NCBI GenBank assembly: GCA_965113315.1
Contig: OZ220368.1
Reading direction: 5' to 3' (one strand)
DNA: 64,000 nt
From: Podarcis vaucheri
Lineage: Eukaryota
Shown here: piece by piece, positions 13,625 through 23,768 of the stretch
How positions within the stretch are numbered: position 1 is the first letter of the stretch
How the letters are laid out: each line of letters begins with the position of its first letter
Position numbers and translations under genes: made by a program
Notes under the pieces: generated by a model
The model's input: the letters and a program-made list of their open reading frames with translations, nothing else
Told to the model about the DNA's origin: nothing
The model's database searches: none

Positions 13625-14883
13625 GGCTACAGGGTGGACACCTGGTATCCTTGGCCCTTTCTGTTCTTCCAAGAGCTTTGATGTTAACGGTGCAGGAGAA
13701 GGCAACGCTTGAGACATCAGAATTCTTCCTTAGTCACATGCCTTTCTACAAGGGAAAACTTCAAAACCCAAACTGCACTCAGATTGGGCCAAACCCTTAT
13801 TCAGAATCCATCAACTTCTGGGATGCTAGCCACCTAATGACTTTTTGTTATTGTTAAAGAAATGGGATTTTTTTTCACTTGCTTTGACATGACTGCTCCA
13901 GTCCACATTGGAGAGGAGGAGTAGAGATAATTGCCTTTACTCCTGTGTGGCCTTTGCACAGATGGTTATGCACATTGGCTTGTTCATGGGGAGGGGAGAA
14001 TCTGTGATCCATACACTCCATGGGAAACAAGTAGTGAGGGTAATAGCAAATCTTTTTTAAAAAAATAAAAAGTTTTTTTGAGTTTTGTCCAGTGCCTAAT
14101 GCCAAATTTGCTGTTGGATCTTGGCATCTCCGAGTCTGAAGGGTTAAAGGGCTGTGAGTCCAGTTCATGTATTCAGGCTAAATCAAGTGATTTTTGTTGT
14201 GAGCCATTTCAGGCTCTTGCAACACTACCGCTGCCTTCCCATGGAATGCAGTTTTTTGGTTGGTTTTTTTGCTCAGAGTTGCATTACTTGCCTAATCCTT
14301 GGCTGGTTCTGACTCATGGACCAAACAAATCTGTGAATTGGGTGTGGCTGCTCTGCTAAGAAGGGCAGCAGAAACGGATGCTGCAGAGGCACAAGATCAG
14401 ACAAACTGCTTCCCTGCTTTAGCTGTGATAGGACTACCACAATCCTTGGGGGACTGTAGTTAGCTGAAGAGCCAGCTGGCTGCCTTCTGGAATTGGTAGG
14501 GAAGAACTGCTACAACTCTTTAATTTGGGAGGAACAGAGGTAGGATAGCCGAATCTTCAGCCTGAAATCAGGGTTAATTCAGACACCTAGTGCTGCTGCT
14601 GCTGCTGCTAAGCACTCGAGGCTGCAAAGGTACATGTTGGGTAATGGAACTGTTACACTAATTAGGCAAATGGGATTTTTTTTTTCTTTTTGTGCTGAGA
14701 CTGTGAAACACCCTGTTTGCCTCATTTTCTCAGCTGTTTTCATTCCAAGATGCAGCAGAGGGATTCTGTAAATTGCCATGGTACAGACTTGAACGGCTTC
14801 GTTGGAAGCTGCCAGTTTAATGTTTTGAACTTGACAAGACTATTTGTCCAGCTATGGAGCCTAAGTGGTGTGAACATCCTAAG

Positions 14884-14912
14884 ATTTATTTATGTATTTA
14901 TGAGCTATTTAT
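14884..14912 (+). promoter_or_regulatory. AU-rich element cluster in PLK3 3' UTR
   Basis: ATTTATTTATGTATTTATGAGCTATTTAT contains four ATTTA pentamers and three TATTTAT heptamers. Confidence 0.8.
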
Positions 14913-14976
14913 TTTGCACCTGTGTCTTGTCAATCATTGCACACCATGTCTCCAAAAACCCAGCTGTCTTGATTAC

Positions 14977-14998
14977 AATAAAACTCATTTTTATTAAA
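14977..14998 (+). terminator. PLK3 polyadenylation signals
   Basis: AATAAA at 14977-14982 and ATTAAA at 14993-14998, followed by GT/T-rich sequence, just downstream of the ARE cluster. Confidence 0.7.
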
Positions 14999-15519
14999 AG
15001 CAAAAGAACAATGGTTACTTTGTAAGTGTCTCATTGGTGGTTAGGAGTTCCATTGGGGCTGCCGGGGAGGCGAATAGAAAGCTGTATCAGTGTTTCCTTG
15101 GTCTAGACTACTATAACATCTTCATGCTATGGAAAGCTGCTTCATATATTAGCATGTCCCCAGAGGAAACTTGGCAGGTGTGCACCTACATAGATAGTAG
15201 ACATACTTCATGTGCTAGCTAGCAATACAACATTAGCTGCAGATAATAAAAAACAACTTCTGCTCAAGCAGCAGCAAAAAAAGAGATTCTTTTATATACT
15301 TAGTTTGGGGAACAAAATTCACCTGGTGCTAAAGAAATCAAAGAAAAGTGCATTGCTGGGCATTGCACAGTCAGAATCCCACTGCCAAAAAACCCCTCTT
15401 CCCAGTAACTGTCTACTGCACTTGTTGGGGTCACCTGGAAAGGGATCTCTGAACTTGATCTCAGAGTCTGGGAGGAAGCCATTGAGTGGGATTTAAAGAT
15501 CAAAAACAGAATTGGGAAT

Positions 15520-16357
15520 TATAATAATAATACATTTTTATTTATACCCCACCCTTCCCGGTTCAGAAAACTGGGCTCAGGGCAGGTAACAATAAATTTA
15601 AAACACGGTAATTGTAGAAGCAGCATAAAATACAGTATAAAAACATGAATAACAATAAAATTCAAAGTTCAGAAATCAATTTGGGGAAAATCCATCTAAT
15701 AAGCATTAGATAGTCACCAGGGCTAGCTGGCCGAATTAGTCCTACTTGGGCCAGCGAGGAGGCCAGGGGAGAATTAGCTGTGGGGTCTCAGAGCACATAA
15801 TCTTCATAAAAGGGGAGGGGGAGGGAAGAGAAGGGAAATAAAAGATCAGGCTGGATTCAAATTAAAGGCCAGGTGGAATAGCTGCCTTACAGGCCCGACG
15901 GAAGGTTAAATCCTGAAGGGCCCTAGTCTCATGGGACAGAGCATTCCACCAGGTCGGAGCCATCACTGAAAAGGCCCTGGCCCTGGTGGAGGATAGTCTG
16001 ACTTAGGGCCCGGGACCTCTAAACTATGGTTATTCATGGACCTTAAGGTCCTCTGCGGGGCATACCAGGAGAGGCGATCCCGTAAATACGAGGGCCCTAA
16101 GCCACAAATGGCTTTAAAGGTCAAAACCAGCACCTTGAACCTGACCCTATACTCCACTGGGAGCCAGTGCAACTGGTAAAGCACTGGGTGAATATGATCT
16201 CATGGCAGGGACCCTGTGAGGAGCCTCACTGCAGCTTTCAGCACCCACTGGAGTTTGTAGGACAGTTTCAAGGCAGCCCCACGTAGAGTGAATTACAGTA
16301 GTCAAGCCTGGAGGTGACCATCGCATGGATCACTGTGGCCAGATCGGGATGGGAAAT
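15520..16357 (-). mobile_element. L2 LINE 3' fragment (degenerate ORF2 end and 3' UTR)
   Basis: Minus-strand peptides DLATVIHAMVTSRLDYCNSLYVGLP and LYQLHWLPVEYRVRFKVLVLTFKAICGLGPSYLRDRL are typical L2 ORF2 C-terminus; AT-rich simple-repeat tail near 15520-15545. Confidence 0.88.
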
Positions 16358-16429
16358 AGGGAGTGGAAATGGACTGGAAGTCAGTGCTGATGGAGAGCAC
16401 TGGTGTAACGTGATCAAAACATCTAATTT

Positions 16430-16565
16430 TGCAGGCCTATTCAGGATCAATTGAAGTTTCTGGAACATTTTCAAAGGCATCCTGCGTACAATGCATGGCG
16501 GTTATCCAAATGGGTGGTTACCAAAGCACATGAGTAACAGAAGCAAAGGCTATTTTGGTCTAGGC
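16430..16565 (-). mobile_element. Second, older L2 fragment
   Basis: Minus-strand MPLKMFQKLQLILN repeats the same L2 ORF2 segment in more decayed form; boundaries approximate. Confidence 0.55.
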
Positions 16566-17380
16566 AGAGCATGAACACTGGGGACTTCCCGCTACACAGG
16601 CAACATGGCTGGAGGCTGGTTCAAGCATGAAGTTATGTCCAGTACGGAAATCTCTTGCAGCTGTTTGAAAGTGGCTGGGATGTTCCTACTTGTGAGAACT
16701 GATTTAGACATTGCATAGACTAAGCTAATGAAATGCTGAGCTGAGATGTCGTGTTAGTGGGTTGTTCTTTTAAAAAATCCGTCTACAAACATAAAGTGTC
16801 CTTATTGTTGCTTGTGATCTTTGCTGTTCTTTGATACTCAGCGGGTACCATTTGCAGCACCTAATCACAGTATAGTAGGTGCAGGATTTCTCTAGTGACC
16901 TGTCCAAAATGAACCCCCTTTAGGAATTATTGGAGGTACTTGGTGTATGTTTCCCACCTTTCGCTGACTGCTTTTGTTGTCACCTTGTTACCTCTAGCCT
17001 CTTATTTTACTATTATTTTTGATGAGTGCACAAAGGAATTTCCTCTGGGTTGAGGTCATGTGCAACAGTGTGCGTTAGACAAAGCCACCTGCTTTGTTTG
17101 GTGCCCTGACATCCCTTCTCTTGGTGCTGTTGCCATCAGAGGCTTACTGAAGCATATCCGGTGTCTGCAGAAATGGGGCAGCTGTTGTAAAAAATAGAAA
17201 GGAGTTATTTTAGGGCAGGAGTGCTCTGTGTAAGGTTGCGAGCTGGCTGTTCTTGAACTGGACTGAGGGGGTTCTCCTAGGTCATTCTCAGACAGGCAAC
17301 AGCCAAAATGTGCATGTATTTAACTGAATTACCATGCACAACTGAACAATGGCAGACTCCATAAGATGAGCCCTGTTGGA

Positions 17381-17580
17381 TTTATTTATTGATTTCTACC
17401 CCACCTTTCCTCCAAGAAGCTCAAAGCAGTATTTATGGTCCTCCCCTCCACATTTTACCCTCACAAAACCCCTGTGAGGTAAGTTAAGCTGAGAGGTGGT
17501 GACTGGCCCAAAGTCATCCAGTGAGCTTCATAACTGAGTGGGAATTTGAACCCTGGTCTCCCAGGTCCTAGCCCAACACT
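17381..17580 (-). mobile_element. CORE/MIR-like SINE
   Basis: cctgtgaggtaagttaagctgagaggtggtgactggcccaaagtcatccagtgag...atttgaaccctgg: CORE plus B-box in reverse, L2-like tail. Confidence 0.8.
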
Positions 17581-18675
17581 TCTTCCTACATGTGGTGATT
17601 GGCTTGTTAAATTTAATGCTTGGTCATATGTACGTGTATTCACCATTAAGTGTGCATGGGATTGTAGCCTTTGTTTGCTGTGTGTTGATTTGTCAAATGT
17701 TTATCAGGGTGAAGAAAGTTGACATTCTTAATCAGCACTGAGACTTTTTCTGAATGTTGGCTGCAGCATAGTTTATGTGAAAAGCTTATTAAGATGGCTT
17801 AAGATGTTAGAGCCTACTGAGGTCATGGAGTTAGTCTATTCCATCTCCTCTCCACACCCTCATACCTACCAAAAGGAAAAAAAGTCTCATGGAGATTCTT
17901 CTTATTCATCTGAGAGACACTGTACTGGCAAGTGGGTTGATAGATGGAATTATTTTTCTGGCACAATCAGATAATTGCACAGATACAAACTGTTCAAAGC
18001 ACACCCACATGAAAAACGGTATCTTCTAGCAATGGGTTTAAATTACGGTAAGCCTGTAACTTCTTATAGCACCTTGCAGAGAATTCATGGCAAATACAGG
18101 CACCCAAATCCAGGATTGTTACAGTTGAAGTCAGTGTCCTAACTCTGAGTCATCTCCACACTATATAGTAGATGGCAATACATTGGTATTTATGAATATT
18201 TCATGCCTTTTCTGTACTTGCTTTTCTCATGAAGTTGATGCTGAAATGTACTGAATCAGCAGTAGATGCATGTTTTCCATAAGCAACTGTATTTGGTCAT
18301 AGGGAGAGACAGATAGAGGCTCTTTAAACTTGTGCATGAAGAAAGATACCTTTCTACTTGTGGAAAAGATTCCCAATGTTCTTCTGCTTGCACAAGTGGT
18401 TACACAACATCTTGCACAAGCAGAAGCCTGAGAACTGCTGTAGAATCTATGTAGTTTAATGCTCTGTAAACTCCTTTGAGTGTTTGCAAAACTGCGCTGG
18501 TAGCTATTTTCACTGCACTCATGGTTCTTTCATGTCTTTGGGAATTAGTTTGATGCTAGAATATATTACTCTCTCTATGTTGTACAGTCTATGTGTAGGT
18601 AAATAAGCAGCCTAAAGTTAAGCTAAAAAGAAACTAATAGCTCCTGAGCTATCAGAACCCTTCTATTTCATATTA

Positions 18676-18926
18676 CAGTCATACCTTGGTTGTTGAATGC
18701 CCTGTAACTCAGACATTTTGGCTCCTGAACACCACAAACCTGGAAGTGATTGTTCCAGTTTGCGAATGTTCTTTTGGAACCCGAACCTCCAGTGGGGCTT
18801 CCGCAGCTTCTGAATGGCTGCAGGAGCTTCCTGCAGCCAATCAGAAGCCGCAATTTGGTTTTTGAACGTTTTGGAAGTTGAACGGACTTCCGGAACAGAT
18901 TCCGTTCGACTTCCAAGATACAACTG
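18676..18926. mobile_element. Tc1/mariner-pogo (Tigger-like) MITE
   Basis: TA|CAGTCATACCTTGG ... CCAAGATACAACTG|TA; TA TSD; second copy at 60867. Confidence 0.85.
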
Positions 18927-19038
18927 TACTGTAATACATTTTTATCTGACAAATAATACTACGGATATTAAATTCTTCCACTATTTCATATCAACTTAAA
19001 TTAAATATGGGTAATAACTACCCAAGTCACATTATGCA

Positions 19039-19049
19039 TTTATTTTATT
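19039..19049 (-). terminator. DYNLT4 polyadenylation signals
   Basis: Two overlapping AATAAA on the minus strand (plus-strand tttattttatt), about 55 nt after the stop codon. Confidence 0.65.
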
Positions 19050-19104
19050 GCTAGCTTGTCACAGCAGGTAAGGGAGAGGGAACTTTAGGATCAGCAAAGC
19101 AAAC

Positions 19105-19812
19105 TCATTCAAAATAGAGTCCATGAACTGTGGCCACAACAAAGAGTGATGAGTTAGTGAAAGTGGCAGATGCAAAACTGTCATTCTCCACATCCCAGAG
19201 GGATTGACTAGCAATGCGCAGACCTTGGTTGGCCTGTTGGCCCAGAAAGACGTTACACACCAGCTTGTAGCGAGGTGGGATCAGCTCTTTGATTCTGTTC
19301 CGGATGAGGTCTGACAGGTTCTTGGCCACCAGCCCGCCGTTTGCAGGGTTATACTTGGCATCCCCTAGGGAGGTGGCTAGGACAGATTCAAGAACTTGCT
19401 GCACTTGGGAGGCATTAAATTTGCAGCCTTCATCTGGCTTCGTCTTGTAGCTATTTTCATAGTGCGTCTCCCGCATGGGCTCAAAGAGTGGTAACCCAGA
19501 GAAACTCACTCGGCCGCAATGCATCCAGGGTCCAATGGAGAGCCGCCTTCCCCCAGCAGCCAGCGAGTTCCTCCTGCTGGGAAAGGGAGCATTGAGGATG
19601 CTCATGATGGAGCTTCTCCGGGATGGTGGAAAGGGGGCTTTCCCTTCTTCGATACTCTGCAAGCGAAGTAGTGGCTTGGGTGCCATATCTGTTGACTGGG
19701 AGTGCAGGGGGAGAGAGAGTGGCCCTGCCTTCGGATGGCCAGAGTCCGTGCCCTCTGAGGACATCATCTGGTTTAGAGTTTCCTGGGACAGTACCTGAGG
19801 CCGCTCTGCCAT
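19105..19812 (-). CDS. DYNLT4: Dynein light chain Tctex-type 4 (TCTEX1D4), single coding exon, 235 aa
   Basis: Intact ORF with C-terminal Tctex-1 domain (YENSYK...PPRYKLVC...SLWDVENDSFASATFTNSSLFVVATVHGLYFE), N-terminal RVSFSGLP motif, ggcATGG start context; position between PLK3 and BTBD19 matches known synteny. Confidence 0.96.
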   Translation of the reverse strand: MAERPQVLSQETLNQMMSSEGTDSGHPKAGPLSLPLHSQSTDMAPKPLLRLQSIEEGKAPFPPSRRSSIMSILNAPFPSRRNSLAAGGRRLSIGPWMHCGRVSFSGLPLFEPMRETHYENSYKTKPDEGCKFNASQVQQVLESVLATSLGDAKYNPANGGLVAKNLSDLIRNRIKELIPPRYKLVCNVFLGQQANQGLRIASQSLWDVENDSFASATFTNSSLFVVATVHGLYFE

Positions 19813-19832
19813 GCCTAAGTGGTAATCAACTC

Positions 19833-19858
19833 CTGGGACACAAGGGAAAGAAAAACTA
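19833..19858 (-). other. DYNLT4: Splice acceptor for the DYNLT4 coding exon (implies an upstream non-coding exon)
   Basis: Minus strand reads tagtttttctttcccttgtgtcccag|gagttg, 20 nt before the ATG. Confidence 0.7.
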
Positions 19859-19947
19859 AATTACATTGATACATTACTGCTCACTAGGGCCACTGTACTC
19901 CCAGCAACCCATTTCTTTGTTCATCTGGACAAAAGTTTATTTACAGG

Positions 19948-20300
19948 TAAAAGGTAAAGGGACCCCTGACCATTAGGTCCAGTCGTGACCGACTCTGGGG
20001 TTGCGGTGCTCATCTCGCTTTATTGGCCGAGGGAGCCGGCGTACAGCTTCCAGGTCATGTGGCCAGCATGACTAAGCCGCTTCAGGCGAACCAGAGCAGC
20101 GCACGGAAACACCGTTTACCTTCCCGCCGGAGTGGTACCTTTTTATCTACTTGCACTTTGGCATGCTTTCGAACTGCTAGGTTGGCAGGAGCAGGGAGTG
20201 AGCAACGGGAGCTCACCCCGTCGCGGGGATTCGAGCCGCCGACCTTCTGATCGGCAAGTCCTAGGCTCTGTGGTTTAACCCACAGCGCCACCCGCGTCCC
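19948..20300 (-). mobile_element. Full-length Sauria SINE
   Basis: Minus strand starts GGGACGCGGGTGGCGCTGTGGGTTAAACC (tRNA head) and ends in an ACCTTT-type tail; TSD ttatttacagg at 19937-19947 and 20305-20315. Confidence 0.95.
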
Positions 20301-21471
20301 TGCCTTATTTACAGGAGAATTCCTCAAAAAGAAAATGTTGACTTCCTCCTTCAAACACCAGGCAAAACCAGCAACGTACAAATGTCTATGTGGCCAGAGT
20401 ATCTGAGAATGTCATTGCATGACTTTATTCTGTTATTTTTGGATGCTTTTGGTTGCTATTTTAGGTTTGTTTTTAAGTTTGCATGTTTTTATTGAGATTT
20501 AGGCTTGATTTGTTTGGTTTACTGCCCTGGGAGGGGGGCACATTATTGGGCAAAAGGGCAGTGGATAAATATGTTAAGAAAGGACAGATGGATGAAAGAA
20601 AGGGATGGGGCTTGGGATAGAAGACGTGACTCCTTCCCTGGTCTACCTCATCCAGGCTCAGAGGCTGGATCCGTCCATCAAGGAACAAGGTGTTGGGGAG
20701 GGGTGAGAGTGGTTCTAGGAAGCGGGGGTTGAAAGCAGGTCCTGCCCATTGCTTCTCTGGTTGAAACTTGCATCCCCTAACTGGCTGTTTTCTAGAATAC
20801 TGGTGCAAGCCGAGTTCTAAGGAATTAGTCAATCGTTGCAGGAAATAGACCTTTAGCTCAAAAGGCTAAGAAGTAGTTTTGTTACTTTTAAAATTAACAC
20901 ATGAAAACTGAGATTTTCCAATAGGTTTGTAACTCCAGATTCTATGAGGCAAGAGTCTTAAGACAAAAAACATCAAAGGACGTGGAATAAATGGGTCATT
21001 GCCAGGAACATTAAAACCAAGAAGGAAGAGTGGAAAGAACAGCTGCAAAATTATTTCAGAGTCTTCTTCACTTCTTTTCTGTTGGGATTGGAAGCAATAC
21101 ATACTACAAACTGCCTGAAAGGGAGTGAGGGTGCATACTAGAGATCACATCTATGTAGGGATAAATTAAGACTTGATTTCCTTTCCTTTCTTTGCTATTT
21201 TTAAAAACCCAGTTTAAATTTTTATTATTATTTAATCCTATGATTTATTTGGCATAGAATATTTATAATAACATTTTTGTAGGACTGTAGGTGCCTTAAG
21301 CTCTTGGAGATAGAGCAGGTTAGGAAATTAAGTAAAACATGGCTAATTTGATTAGAAACAGCATCCTATCTTTTAAGGAAACAGCACAGATCTATTACTT
21401 TTTTCAACTGACTTCCATATCCTTTATTCGAACAACCACAGAAAAACAAGAAAGGAATGATTTCCCATAGC

Positions 21472-21606
21472 CAATGATATTTTTCTAGAAAAAGAGGTGC
21501 CGGAATGCACATGAACACCTCCCTTGTTCTCTTATAATGGCAATGGCACCCACCTGACAGGTGCTGGAACTGAATTTGGGCAAGTTCTGGCTGAATAAAA
21601 GCCCTG
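21472..21606. mobile_element. Short hAT-like MITE
   Basis: Shares both ends with the 35272 element (tatttttctagaaaaagaggtgc ... ttctggctgaataaaagccctg). Confidence 0.65.
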
Positions 21607-23470
21607 GGTCTTTCAACTGAAAGTAATGGAAGTATTCTCACAACCATCTGGTAACCTTTTGCATTTTAGGTCAGATTAACTAAACAGAACAGTATAAATC
21701 TCCCTCCTCCATTTTCAAATACTCATTAGGTGGAAAATAGGCACATGCCTAACCTCACCTGATACTGATTAAGCAAAAAGGATGACTAAAATGTGATTAC
21801 GGGTAATTAATTCCCATTAAGTGATCTTGTGTGCACAGCACACACGAGTTCCAGAGCATGCGAGAAAATCATTGAAAACATCAGCAAAAATTTTGCTCAG
21901 GCAGCAAAAGGTGTGATTTATAGAGAATGGACCACAGTGATGTTCGCGTCTGGCCTATCTTACCTGAAAGCAACGAAGCCTCACACAGAGGCCAGAGGGC
22001 TTGATAGAAGTTGAGTCCTGCTACATCCGTGGTCAAGAGATAGGCTGTAGAAGCTGTTTAATACCCTTCATCTTGCTAAAGCTTGCTCAGGCTTGTTGCA
22101 AGGACCTGCCAATGCCCTCGCCCCTACCTCCCTGCCTTATTCAGCTCCCTCCCCTCCCCTGGTAAATCATTGGCTGTTTAATGTGACAGTTCAATGGGGA
22201 AAGCCATCAACGGCATTGCAGGAGGACTGGGCAGGCTGCCACCCGAAATACATGGTCTCCGTGGAGACTGTCTCACTCACATTATTTTTGCACAAATTAG
22301 AGTGTGTGTGTGGCAGTTAATGCTTCTATGCTTCATGGGGAGGGGTGGGCAGAGGAAATATTTGGTTATGGCCTAATGTCCCTTGTAGCCACTAAAGTGC
22401 TAGGCCAAGCTAATGGGGTTCTGTTCTCAGTCAAAGGGTCTCCATGAGGTCATACATTCTGACCCCATCTTTCCTTTCCTATTTGTGTCTATGGTTCATA
22501 GCTGAATATAGCTTGTTGTCCAAACTGGATGTGATATTAACTGCATGAACTTCAGCAGCCTTGGAACCTTGGGAGAGAGAGAGAGGAGATCCCTCTGTTT
22601 TATTGAAGGTATATTCTTCAACATGTCCTTGACACAATGATAATGCATTAGTGGCAGGTTTATTCCGCTTTGCTGGTTTGTTCTGTGATGCTTCACCAAT
22701 GCTACCCCATTATTGCTGTCTGGAGGAGCAGCACACGACTTAAGCAGGACAAAAGTAAACCAGCAGGAAGTTACAGGAGATATAGTGAATGGAAACAAAG
22801 CCATACAACCTCAAAACCTCAAACAGCATTGAAAGTGGGATTGTGTATGACTGCCCAGGTAGCATCATGAGCACCGAATAATCATGAATGTGAAATTATG
22901 GAGGAGCCCAGGAACGCCTTCTCTTCCTGCCACACTCCTGAAAAAACTGTGCCCTCTTTGAAGCTGCTGTATGCATTTTAAGTGAACCTACCTTTGGCAA
23001 TCAGGGAGGATTCCTATGAACAGCAAAGATCAGCTTCAGAGCAGAGGATCTTTGTAGGCTGGGTGTGGTGGGGAAGTCAGTACCATGGCAGAGACAGTTT
23101 AACTCTCTCTTTCCTTCCCACCACACAGTTATGAGGCTCCTCAGACTTCCCATGGACTTGCGAATTGCATGAGCTTCATCCACACAATTAAAGTTTGACC
23201 CTCATTCTCACTGCAGTCCCAAGTCCTGCTATGTAGACAAAACACTGCCTCACAATGGGCTTATTTTGGAATTGCCAGTTGCAACAACTGGATTTCATTT
23301 ATTTGCTCTCTTTTTCCTTAGTGTGCCTAATGGAAAGGAAAGAAGAAACTTAATAATAATATGTTTATTTTACAAGGTTTGTTACTGGTTCCAGAACAGT
23401 ATGGCTCTTAAAGAAACCTACTGAGTACCTTGTATTCCAGAAATAGTTCGTACTATTTGGTTAGTCAATA

Positions 23471-23712
23471 CAGTGGTACGTCAGGTTAATAACTTAATTT
23501 GTTCTGGAGGTCCGTTCTTAACCTGAAACTGTTCTTAACCTGAGGTACCACTTTAGCTAATGGGGCCTCCCGCTGCCATTGCGCCGCCGCTGCGCGATTT
23601 CTGTTCTCATCCCAAAGCAAAGTTCTTAAACCAAGGTACTATTTCTGGGTTAGCAGAGTCTGTAACCTGAAGCGTCTGTAACCTGAAGCGTATGTAATCT
23701 GCGGTACCACTG
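23471..23712. mobile_element. Tc1/mariner-pogo (Tigger-like) MITE, second family
   Basis: TA|CAGTGGTAC ... GTACCACTG|TA; internal tandem gtctgtaacctgaagc units. Confidence 0.88.
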
Positions 23713-23748
23713 TATTATTTATTAGATAACATTAATTATAGCATAATT

Positions 23749-23768
23749 GCACACACACACACACACAC
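23749..23768. repeat. (CA)n microsatellite
   Basis: Direct reading. Confidence 0.9.

Noticed and set aside
19475-19798. 107-aa ORF antisense to DYNLT4
   Set aside because: Shadow ORF on the opposite strand of a real coding exon; no independent evidence
23657-23702. CRISPR-like or regulatory tandem repeat
   Set aside because: These are 16-bp subterminal repeats inside a Tigger-like MITE, with no spacers, in eukaryotic DNA
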